Source: an uncultured Candidatus Saccharibacteria bacterium
GTDB taxonomy: Bacteria > Patescibacteriota > Saccharimonadia > Saccharimonadales > Saccharimonadaceae
Length of the DNA stretch: 34,903 nt
Direction: 5' to 3'
Assembly: GCA_964629705.1 (NCBI GenBank)
Contig: CAZVTE010000001.1
Location: 1-34,903 of the forward strand
Below are positions 18,400 to 26,292 of this stretch, in pieces. Both the position numbers and the translations under genes were made by a program. The notes under the pieces were generated by a model that was given only the letters and a program-made list of their open reading frames with translations, was not told the origin of the DNA and did not search any database. Each line of letters starts with the position of its first letter. Position 1 is the first letter of the stretch.

Positions 18400-18429
18400 T
18401 TGCGTGCTGTCCTTATTTAGATTCATAAT
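18400..18429 (+). promoter_or_regulatory. Late-type promoter copy 4: TTGCGT-GCTGTCCTTA(N8)-CATAAT
   Basis: Shared motif, 18-bp spacer. Confidence 0.8.
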
Positions 18430-18462
18430 ACAGACTAATAACTGCTAATGGAGATAAATTTC

Positions 18463-18903
18463 ATGATTACAATACAAGCAAAACCACTTACTGCTGAAGT
18501 AAAAATCGGTGACTATGGCGTTTTCACCGTCAGACTGATGGGCGCAGCAGCAGAAGCAGAAATTCACAAACGTTTTCGAGAAGCTACGGCTTACAGTAAT
18601 GACGTTATGAGAAAGTACAGTGACGTACTTGACGAAGAAAAGAAGTTTATTGCAGATAGCAATGAGGCAGCCTTGGAAGAGCTCAGAGCATCAGCGAAGT
18701 TCAAAGAAGCTAGCAAAGCAATTAGTGAAGCCTATGATAAGTTGGAGGACGTAAAGAGATATGCTTGTTCTGAGCGTCAAAAGCTATTCGCATCAGAGGA
18801 CTACGGAAAACTCGAGAGGCTCTTTACCGAGTTAAACTCAGAACAGATTAACGTCATCTACGGCGAGATAGTTAGCAAACTAAGCACAGGTTCAATCGAA
18901 TAA
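18463..18903 (+). CDS. Putative tail assembly chaperone
   Basis: Helical protein two genes before the tape measure; GGAG RBS favours ATG 18463. Confidence 0.55.
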   Translation: MITIQAKPLTAEVKIGDYGVFTVRLMGAAAEAEIHKRFREATAYSNDVMRKYSDVLDEEKKFIADSNEAALEELRASAKFKEASKAISEAYDKLEDVKRYACSERQKLFASEDYGKLERLFTELNSEQINVIYGEIVSKLSTGSIE

Positions 18904-19205
18904 TGGGTAGCTTATATAATGCACTAAGCGCTGAAGACCGAGATAAGGTTGATAAGTGGGTTCACTTGCGAAAAAATCCACAGTATGAACAAGATATTCC
19001 TGCGGAATACTATCTTGCCGCCGAACTAGGCTACTTCTACGGCTGGGGCGCTGTAGAAGCGTATTTAAGAGGATATATCGCTAATCGAAACGCAAAAGGT
19101 AAAAGAGATGATTTTGCCTTCACATTCGATGATGCTATTGGTCTTGTCGAAGCGGCCAAGAAAGTCCACTATTTATATGAAGGAAAAACCATAAAGAGAA
19201 TCTAA
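18903..19205 (+). CDS. Putative second tail assembly chaperone
   Basis: Immediately before the tape measure; LAAELGYFYGW. Confidence 0.55.
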   Translation: MGSLYNALSAEDRDKVDKWVHLRKNPQYEQDIPAEYYLAAELGYFYGWGAVEAYLRGYIANRNAKGKRDDFAFTFDDAIGLVEAAKKVHYLYEGKTIKRI

Positions 19206-19206
19206 A

Positions 19207-21810
19207 ATGGATAATGACACTATCTACAATGCATCCATATCGATTACCGTAGACGACTCTACCTTGAAGCCGTCGCTTAATAAGATTAAAACGGAAATCG
19301 AATCAAGTCTGGAGGATAGCAAGAAATCTACTGCTAGCCTATCCAAAGAGTTTGCTAATCTTGGGAAGAAGATTAGCGCAATTATGGGCGGTGCAGGCGA
19401 AGGATTTGATAGTGTATCTAGCAGTGCCACCGAGATGGAGAAATCCATTAAAGCGGCGATGGATAATAGCAATAGAAGCACAAAGCAGCTATCAGATAAT
19501 ATTGTTAAGTTGGAAAATAATATTAAGGCAGTAAATCAAAACGCTTCAACCGTGTCTCTTTCTACGAATACCCCAAAGCAAAGCGCTCCAGTCTCACCAA
19601 CTAGCGTTAGCACGAACAGTAAAATCAGTTCGGAACTATCTAGCGCCGAAAAAGAAACAGATGTGCTCACTCGAAAAATGTCAGAGTGTAAAACCGCAAT
19701 CGATAGTACAATGTCTAGTGGCTCTAAAGGTTCGAGACAACTGTCAGATAGCCTCGCCGACATAGCTACTAAGGCGGGGTTAGCATACGCAGCCTTCAAG
19801 GGACTTGGGGCTGTAGGCGATGTATTTGGTGGGCTCGTAGACTCCTACAACAGCTATGAAGCTGCAATGAATGGCGTCAAGGCAGTCGCTTCAGCCACAG
19901 GAGAATCAGTTGCTGGTTCAATGCAGGTAATCAAGGATTCGACTGCCAACGGACTATTGAATCAAGCTGATGCAGCTGCTGCTGTCAAGAATCTTGAACT
20001 GTATGGCTATAGCGCTGAACAAGCGGGAGAAATGATTAGAGTTCTTACAGATGCCGCTGCTTATAATCGTCAATCGAATTACGACCTCTCAGAGGCTGTT
20101 AGAGTTACCACTGAAGGCATCAGAATGGAGAACTCAGTACTCTCAGATGCTGCTGGCGTTCAGAAGAACATTGCTAAAATGCAAGAGGATTATGCTAGGT
20201 CTATTGGGAAAACTACCGATAAACTCACGCAAGCCGAAAAAGCTCAAGCCGTATATAACGGCGTAATGGCTGAGGCGGGTATCTTTGAAGGAAACGCAGC
20301 ACAGTATGCGGACAGTTTAGCCGGAGCGCAAAGCAAACTCAACGGTCAAATTGAGACGCTTAAACAAAATCTTGGCGGCGTGGTTGCTCAAGCGATTAGT
20401 CCACTTGTGAACGGACTCGCGGATTGGCTAACCAAGAACCAAGCGTTAGCTGGTGGAATTGCTGCCTTTGTAGGAGTCATTGCCGGTGGGACTGGCTTGC
20501 TAGTAGCTTTGAGCGCTGCCAAAAAAGCAATTTCGTCTATTAGAAGTACTATTATGGCAATGAGTTTAGTTACCAGAGCTGCCACTGGAGGTTTTCTTGC
20601 GCTTGCCGCTGGAGCCGCAGCAATCGGCACAGCTATGGTTATATCAGACCAGCTCAACAAAACGGCTATTGCAACCGAAGAAGTTGCCGACAGCTCAAGT
20701 GATGCAAGTATTCAACTTGATAATATGAGCACCTCTGCGCAGAGCTCAGCAAAACAACTTGCTAAACTCGAGAAGCAACTAGAAGACTTGAAGCGAGATT
20801 ACGACCGAGACCTAAAGCAAATTGCAGTCAAACATCAAGAGAATTTAGATAGTCTAACTCAACAAATTGAAGAAGCTAATATTGATTACAGGCGTGCAAT
20901 CGATGAACGCATGGCCGACTTTAATGTGACACTTGCGAAGCAGGAACGAAGTCATCAAGAGACAGTGGACGAGTTAATGACTCAACTTAACTTCCTGCAA
21001 AGGTATAATAATGATTATAACAAGCAAAAGCTCACGGATGTACAATTTGCTTTAGCCAAAGAGGAGGAATTGTATAAGAGGAAGACTGAAGCTCAAAAGA
21101 CAGAAATAGCCTTGCAGAATCAAGCTGATAAAGCAAAGTTGGACGCTAAATTGGAGTCATTGCAAAATGAGCTCAATGACGAAGTTGAGTTTATGAATAA
21201 ACATCGTGATATTCTTCAAAGTGTACGCGATGTCATTCTAGAGGATGAAGTCGAGTCGCTTACTAGAAGATATAACGAAAATGTTGCATCAATGGAGGAG
21301 CAAAAACAAGAAATAATAAGAATTGCAGCAGAGACTGCTAATGCGGTTCAAGAAAAGATGGATAAAGCGCAGCAGTCAACTGAAAAAGTTATCCAAACGC
21401 TTAATGCGGTTTATAATAAGACGCGGGATACTCTAGAAGTTGATCTTACTAAAAATAATGGAATTACAACTATTGTACGAGACGGAGAAATTATACAGAC
21501 AGATTCCAGAGGTAAAATGCTTTCGAAACAAAAAGCATATGGCAGTTTCAAGTCCGGTTTCTCTTCTGGTGGCTACACTGGTCCAGGTCCAAAGGACGAA
21601 GTTGCCGGCGTAGTGCATAGAGGTGAGTATGTCGTTCCTAAAGAGGATGTCGACCAATCTACTGGCTTACCGAAGAATAGTGGCACAATCACTCAAACCT
21701 TTGTCTTTAATTTATCGGGTGTACTTGCAACTTCTCAGCAAGCTAAACGAGAGTTGGCAGAGGAGCTCAAGCGTGCATTCGACCAGACAAATCAAGCGAG
21801 GTTAGCATGA
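19207..21810 (+). CDS. Tape measure protein
   Basis: 867 aa, Ala-rich helical, hydrophobic centre, coiled coil, FSSGGYTG...AGVVHRGEYV. Confidence 0.93.
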   Translation: MDNDTIYNASISITVDDSTLKPSLNKIKTEIESSLEDSKKSTASLSKEFANLGKKISAIMGGAGEGFDSVSSSATEMEKSIKAAMDNSNRSTKQLSDNIVKLENNIKAVNQNASTVSLSTNTPKQSAPVSPTSVSTNSKISSELSSAEKETDVLTRKMSECKTAIDSTMSSGSKGSRQLSDSLADIATKAGLAYAAFKGLGAVGDVFGGLVDSYNSYEAAMNGVKAVASATGESVAGSMQVIKDSTANGLLNQADAAAAVKNLELYGYSAEQAGEMIRVLTDAAAYNRQSNYDLSEAVRVTTEGIRMENSVLSDAAGVQKNIAKMQEDYARSIGKTTDKLTQAEKAQAVYNGVMAEAGIFEGNAAQYADSLAGAQSKLNGQIETLKQNLGGVVAQAISPLVNGLADWLTKNQALAGGIAAFVGVIAGGTGLLVALSAAKKAISSIRSTIMAMSLVTRAATGGFLALAAGAAAIGTAMVISDQLNKTAIATEEVADSSSDASIQLDNMSTSAQSSAKQLAKLEKQLEDLKRDYDRDLKQIAVKHQENLDSLTQQIEEANIDYRRAIDERMADFNVTLAKQERSHQETVDELMTQLNFLQRYNNDYNKQKLTDVQFALAKEEELYKRKTEAQKTEIALQNQADKAKLDAKLESLQNELNDEVEFMNKHRDILQSVRDVILEDEVESLTRRYNENVASMEEQKQEIIRIAAETANAVQEKMDKAQQSTEKVIQTLNAVYNKTRDTLEVDLTKNNGITTIVRDGEIIQTDSRGKMLSKQKAYGSFKSGFSSGGYTGPGPKDEVAGVVHRGEYVVPKEDVDQSTGLPKNSGTITQTFVFNLSGVLATSQQAKRELAEELKRAFDQTNQARLA

Positions 21811-22190
21811 TTAAACTACAGATACAAGATAGCGAAAACGTGATGGAACTTAGCGTCATCGAGGTGCCATTGACACTAACTGCGATTATTAACGAAGCTG
21901 ACGTTGAAACAATAGATGGCAATATTTCTACATACTACGGCTCAACAAAACGACAATATGCCTTTAAGCTTGGGTATGTCGATTCAGAAACATACGCTAA
22001 GATTATTGCTTTTAGAGACAGACAATATAAAAATTATAAATACCCAATTATCAGTGTTACTGGAGCATCAAATGTCAACGTTACCAATATGACGGCTAAG
22101 ATGTCCGTAAATGACCAACAAGTAATTGACAATTGCGGCTGGGTGGAGAATGTAGTATTAACGTTTAGGGAAAGTAGACAAATGCCATGA
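21807..22190 (+). CDS. Putative distal tail protein
   Basis: Follows tape measure; ETIDG motif, ends LTFRE. Confidence 0.6.
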   Translation: MIKLQIQDSENVMELSVIEVPLTLTAIINEADVETIDGNISTYYGSTKRQYAFKLGYVDSETYAKIIAFRDRQYKNYKYPIISVTGASNVNVTNMTAKMSVNDQQVIDNCGWVENVVLTFRESRQMP

Positions 22191-23767
22191 TAGACGTAAC
22201 GCCAGAATTTCACAAAAGAGCTTTTGGACAAGTAATTAGCCCGCTCATTGAGCTATATGTTTCATTTAACAAAGAACTGAATGAAGGTGAGTTTTTCACT
22301 CTCGACAAGTCTATGCTAAATGGTTCGGATGTGTTACGAGCAGGTTCTTCGGACGTTCCCGCTCAGGATTGGGACTTCTATAATTATAATGACTACTCGG
22401 ATAGACTAGTTTCGATCAACTGGTCACGTTCGCTCGAGTTTCCCTATCAAATCCAGTCTGGTATGGCAGATTTTAGCTTAAGCAACACTGATAATTTTTT
22501 CACACCCCTAAATCAAAACTCAACAATTGGCGAAGTGAATCTTCCGGCACGCCCTATACGTATTAGTGCTGGATTCCGTGGCACTAGTGATATAATTCCT
22601 CAATTTGCGGGATTAACGCAAGGTTTGCCCGATATTAAGAACGGCTCGCGTGTAGCGGATTATCATGCCATTGACTTCTTGTATGATATTTGTCAAACAC
22701 CACTTACTAAGGTGGTTAATATGCATGATGTAACTACCGACCAAGTCATTGCTAAAATTTTGGAAGCTTACGGACTAGCACCAAGCCAATACAATTTAGC
22801 TCAAGGAAAATATACTGTGCCATTCGTATTCTTTGATATTGGTGAGGATGCAGGCACAGCACTCAAGCAATTGGTACAGTCAGAGAATGGCTATATGTGG
22901 CTAGACGAGAAAGGGACGGTAAGGTTCGATACATACTCGAGGATTGCGAACGATACAAATATTGTAGCCACTTTATCGGATTACGATATTGTAGAAATCA
23001 GTAGCGGAGAGTTATCTGACATCGTTAATCATGTTAAGATTAGTGCTGAAGTGAGAGAATTGCAGGAATGGCAAGAGGTGTACACCAAATCAGACTCTTC
23101 TACTACCGTAAGTGATTCCCTTTGGACTGTTCCAGCGAACGGTACGAGAGAGGTTAAGTGTGGTTTATCTGACCCCTGTTATGACATTGTTGCGCCAACC
23201 TTAGGTAAGGCTTCTTCGGTTTCATGGTTTCAAGCAATTGACGAGCACTTAGAGCCCGTCACCTACGGTATCACAGCAACCGGAGAAATCACATCTAATT
23301 CCTACATTATCACATTCAAAAATAATCGAGCCTTTCCCGTAGAGATTTCAGAAATGAAATTATGGGGCGAACCTGCAAAAGTTATTGATGTCTTAGATTA
23401 TGACGCATATGACGATGAATCCGTTGAAATGTTTGGTGACCAACTACTAGAAATTAGTGACAACCAATTCTTCCAGACGTACAATCAAGCTGTTGATTTT
23501 GCAAAGTCAATAATTGGCGTCAGAAAAAACTACAAACGGACACTCAAAGTGTCCATCAAAGGCGATTTCTCTCTCCAGTTGATGGATATGGTTAAGATAG
23601 AGACGGAAAGCAAAGAATACGATGGAGTGTACCGAATACTAGGAATAAGCTACAAATATGAAAATAACAGATTAACCACAGATTTAGTCTTAAATGGCAC
23701 AAGCATCAAAGATGGTGTATTTACGCTGAATATTTCGAAGCTTAATGGAGAGGACTTAATACAATGA
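22187..23767 (+). CDS. Putative tail tip/baseplate hub protein
   Basis: LSNTDNFFTP, GYMWLDEKGTVRF, GDFSLQLMDMV; synteny. Confidence 0.7.
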   Translation: MIDVTPEFHKRAFGQVISPLIELYVSFNKELNEGEFFTLDKSMLNGSDVLRAGSSDVPAQDWDFYNYNDYSDRLVSINWSRSLEFPYQIQSGMADFSLSNTDNFFTPLNQNSTIGEVNLPARPIRISAGFRGTSDIIPQFAGLTQGLPDIKNGSRVADYHAIDFLYDICQTPLTKVVNMHDVTTDQVIAKILEAYGLAPSQYNLAQGKYTVPFVFFDIGEDAGTALKQLVQSENGYMWLDEKGTVRFDTYSRIANDTNIVATLSDYDIVEISSGELSDIVNHVKISAEVRELQEWQEVYTKSDSSTTVSDSLWTVPANGTREVKCGLSDPCYDIVAPTLGKASSVSWFQAIDEHLEPVTYGITATGEITSNSYIITFKNNRAFPVEISEMKLWGEPAKVIDVLDYDAYDDESVEMFGDQLLEISDNQFFQTYNQAVDFAKSIIGVRKNYKRTLKVSIKGDFSLQLMDMVKIETESKEYDGVYRILGISYKYENNRLTTDLVLNGTSIKDGVFTLNISKLNGEDLIQ

Positions 23768-24090
23768 CAATTATTGATAATACCACCCTTAGGGGCGCTT
23801 CAGTCACCAGCTCACTCGCTGGGAATCTTTCAATCAATGAGGACAGTGGCGAAATCGTAATTCGTAACGGTCAAACCGAAGTTCTAAGGCTTAACCGTGA
23901 TGGTTTCGCCTACTTCGACCCGAACGGCACTCGGCGCATTTCCATGGGGCAGAACGAAAATGGTATGCAACAAATTATCGTTGATGATGCCGGTGGTAGA
24001 GCTTCAATTTTGATTGGGCAAGACCCGGTCGATGGCTCACCAGTGCTGCTTGTAGGTAAGGAAGGAGTAGACGTAATCGATGCCAGCTAA
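23764..24090 (+). CDS. Tail tip/spike-like beta-repeat protein
   Basis: FDPNGTRRISMGQ / DDAGGRASILIGQ repeats. Confidence 0.6.
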   Translation: MTIIDNTTLRGASVTSSLAGNLSINEDSGEIVIRNGQTEVLRLNRDGFAYFDPNGTRRISMGQNENGMQQIIVDDAGGRASILIGQDPVDGSPVLLVGKEGVDVIDAS

Positions 24091-24757
24091 CAGCTTCCAA
24101 ATTAGTTCAAAATATCCGATGGATAAGGTAGTTTTTCTCAGAGAAATCACAGTAAGTCTTGATTCGACTGGTATGAGTAAGCAAGTAATTGCTCATGGCC
24201 TTGGCGATACCGTATTCTGCAACGCCGTTATTTCGTTCGACAATTGGCAAACTACTTATCAAGCTGGTACGAGTAGGATGGCGAGACAATATTATTCAGA
24301 ACAATTTAACGTTTATTCCGATGCGCAAAACGTCACGCTAGACGTCTATTTCTACGAGAAAGCAAACCAGACGGCTAAGATTCGGATTTGGGGAGTATTT
24401 AACTCCACAAGTACGGCTACTGCTCCAGCTACCAGAAATCAGAGTGCGAATAAGTTTGTTCTCAACAGTAAATACAACTACTTTAAGTTACTAAAAGACG
24501 GTATTGCAGATGTTTCTGGAGGAGATGTAGCTGTGCCACACAATCTTGGCTACAAACCAATCGTGGAATTGTGGGCGGATTTTGAGTATGACGACAATGG
24601 CTGGACTTATTATAATCGCCCAGATTGCTTTGACGCAAATGATAGCTACGGACAGGCAGTAAAGGTAACTGCTAGCCAGCTAATACTAAGAAATGGCGGT
24701 TACATTTTTAAGGTTAAAAGATTTTACTATAGGATTTATGTTGATGCATCCGAATGA
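24080..24757 (+). CDS. Minor tail protein
   Basis: IAHGLG and VPHNLGYKP repeats. Confidence 0.7.
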   Translation: MPANSFQISSKYPMDKVVFLREITVSLDSTGMSKQVIAHGLGDTVFCNAVISFDNWQTTYQAGTSRMARQYYSEQFNVYSDAQNVTLDVYFYEKANQTAKIRIWGVFNSTSTATAPATRNQSANKFVLNSKYNYFKLLKDGIADVSGGDVAVPHNLGYKPIVELWADFEYDDNGWTYYNRPDCFDANDSYGQAVKVTASQLILRNGGYIFKVKRFYYRIYVDASE

Positions 24758-25178
24758 TTTTATGATTAACACCGAATATGCCACCCTAAAAAACGATGCA
24801 CAGGGTAAACTTGTGATTACGATTCCGAATAGTTTTGTAGTTAATGTTAATTCGGCAAACCTTGTTGCAACAGCAAATATTGGTGAACGCTCGGCGGGAA
24901 TGCATTTCGTATTTACGTCAAGCAAATATCCGGATACTGGGCTCGTGTCCAGCCAAATCTTAATTCCCTGCAAATCTACTTATCAATCAACTAGCGGACA
25001 AATAACGTTAAGCAATTATCTCAACTGCTATGTTTTTCGCTCTAGCGCGAATACCGTGCGCATGGAAATATCCCCCAATATTCCGGGAGATATTGTAGGT
25101 AGTTCAATGACAATAACTGAAGCAGGTCAGACAATAACTTGTTCCATCTCAACGCTGATTTCTCCCTTTGAGGCTTAG
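24738..25178 (+). CDS. Minor tail protein (start 24738 or 24744)
   Basis: AGGA before ATG; N-terminal F.INTEY resembles the preceding gene's domain starts. Confidence 0.6.
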   Translation: MLMHPNDFMINTEYATLKNDAQGKLVITIPNSFVVNVNSANLVATANIGERSAGMHFVFTSSKYPDTGLVSSQILIPCKSTYQSTSGQITLSNYLNCYVFRSSANTVRMEISPNIPGDIVGSSMTITEAGQTITCSISTLISPFEA

Positions 25179-25184
25179 GAATAA

Positions 25185-25403
25185 CTAAACTCGAGAGAAG
25201 AGATAATCTTCACGCCAGCACTCCTTCCTCTCTTCATTCGCTTTCTTTTCCGTATCTTCTTCGTAGCGCTCAAAAATATTAGCAACTTCTTTCGCTAGTT
25301 TGCGGCGCTCTTCCAGCGAAAGTTGTTTTTGTTTCTTTTGATTCTCCTTAAGCCTAGCTCTTGCTTCGGATAAATCGTTGATAAAATAATCTTGCCTGCA
25401 CAT
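25185..25403 (-). CDS. Charged helical hypothetical protein with its own promoter
   Basis: AAAGGA RBS; TGCTATAAT at 25428-25420 on the minus strand. Confidence 0.65.
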   Translation of the reverse strand: MCRQDYFINDLSEARARLKENQKKQKQLSLEERRKLAKEVANIFERYEEDTEKKANEERKECWREDYLFSRV

Positions 25404-25478
25404 AGTTTTCCTTTTTACTATTATAGCACAGTTATCCGACCACGTCCGAAGATTAAGAATATATAATAGCTTAGAAGC

Positions 25479-25871
25479 TTAGCCGATGGCAATCCAGTTG
25501 ATAGGCAAATCTTGTGTTGTACCTTGGTTGTGACGTGCCACAAGAGTGAAACCAGTCTTAGTAACATTAGTGGTCATGACACTTGGAAGTCCAATCCAAT
25601 TATTAACCGTGGCAGTAATGACTGGAACGCTAGTGAAAGAGGATGGAAAATTAACTGTAGCAGTTACGTCTGTACCAGAGGCTGCATTACGAATCGTGGT
25701 TGAGCCCCACATTATCTTTCTAGTGCCAAAGTTAATAATATTAGGAGTTGTTGTATCTGGCGTGTTTGAAGCAACCGTGCTAACATTAGATACGATTTGA
25801 TTCAATTGCTCCGCCGTCAAAACATCGAGCGGCACAAAAACTAGTGATGGGTATGGTAAGTTAATTGCCAT
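25479..25871 (-). CDS. Short tail fibre/receptor-binding protein (gp53-like / H-type lectin C-terminus)
   Basis: FVPLDVLTAEQLNQ anchor; WG...VNFPSSFTSVP...TKTGFT...NWIAIG. Confidence 0.8.
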   Translation of the reverse strand: MAINLPYPSLVFVPLDVLTAEQLNQIVSNVSTVASNTPDTTTPNIINFGTRKIMWGSTTIRNAASGTDVTATVNFPSSFTSVPVITATVNNWIGLPSVMTTNVTKTGFTLVARHNQGTTQDLPINWIAIG

Positions 25872-26209
25872 TATTTAATCTCCAAGCTAAAAGGTGTATA
25901 TTCAAAGTTGAGAACATCGGCGCTAACAGTAGCTTTGAGTGCGTATTCTTCAGTAATCTTCTTCGCCACTGCGTCCAGTTGTGTTTCGACAAAGTCTGAT
26001 TCAAGTTCCGGTAAAGTGCGTACAAAGAGCGAAAACTTAACTTCACCCATATTATAATCTTTAGCGTAGCGTTTTAGGCCATTTTCTGCCGTAAGATAAA
26101 CTGGCGAACCATTCTCTAGGTAGCGTTGCCCTTTTGGTGAAGGCAATATGCTGATACCATTGATTCCAAGAGCCCTCCAAATTGCAATTTTGTTCAATAT
26201 AATATCCAT
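25871..26209 (-). CDS. Hypothetical protein (true start probably ATG 26209)
   Basis: TAATG-coupled to the fibre gene; the upstream TTG in the ORF track is the promoter -35. Confidence 0.7.
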   Translation of the reverse strand: MDIILNKIAIWRALGINGISILPSPKGQRYLENGSPVYLTAENGLKRYAKDYNMGEVKFSLFVRTLPELESDFVETQLDAVAKKITEEYALKATVSADVLNFEYTPFSLEIK

Positions 26210-26215
26210 ATCCCT

Positions 26216-26245
26216 ACAATAATCGTCTATAAGGACAGCACGCAA
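26216..26245 (-). promoter_or_regulatory. Late-type promoter copy 5: TTGCGT-GCTGTCCTTA(N8)-TATTGT
   Basis: Shared motif on the minus strand, 18-bp spacer. Confidence 0.75.
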
Positions 26246-26253
26246 GTTTTTTG

Positions 26254-26283
26254 TTGACTGCTGTCCTTATTAGTTCTCATACT
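26254..26283 (+). promoter_or_regulatory. Late-type promoter copy 6: TTGACT-GCTGTCCTTA(N8)-CATACT
   Basis: Shared motif, 18-bp spacer, upstream of portal. Confidence 0.8.
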
Positions 26284-26292
26284 TAAAGCAAC

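Noticed and set aside
18860-18910. Programmed frameshift between tail chaperones
   Set aside because: No X XXY YYZ slippery heptamer seen; the genes are simply TAATG-coupled
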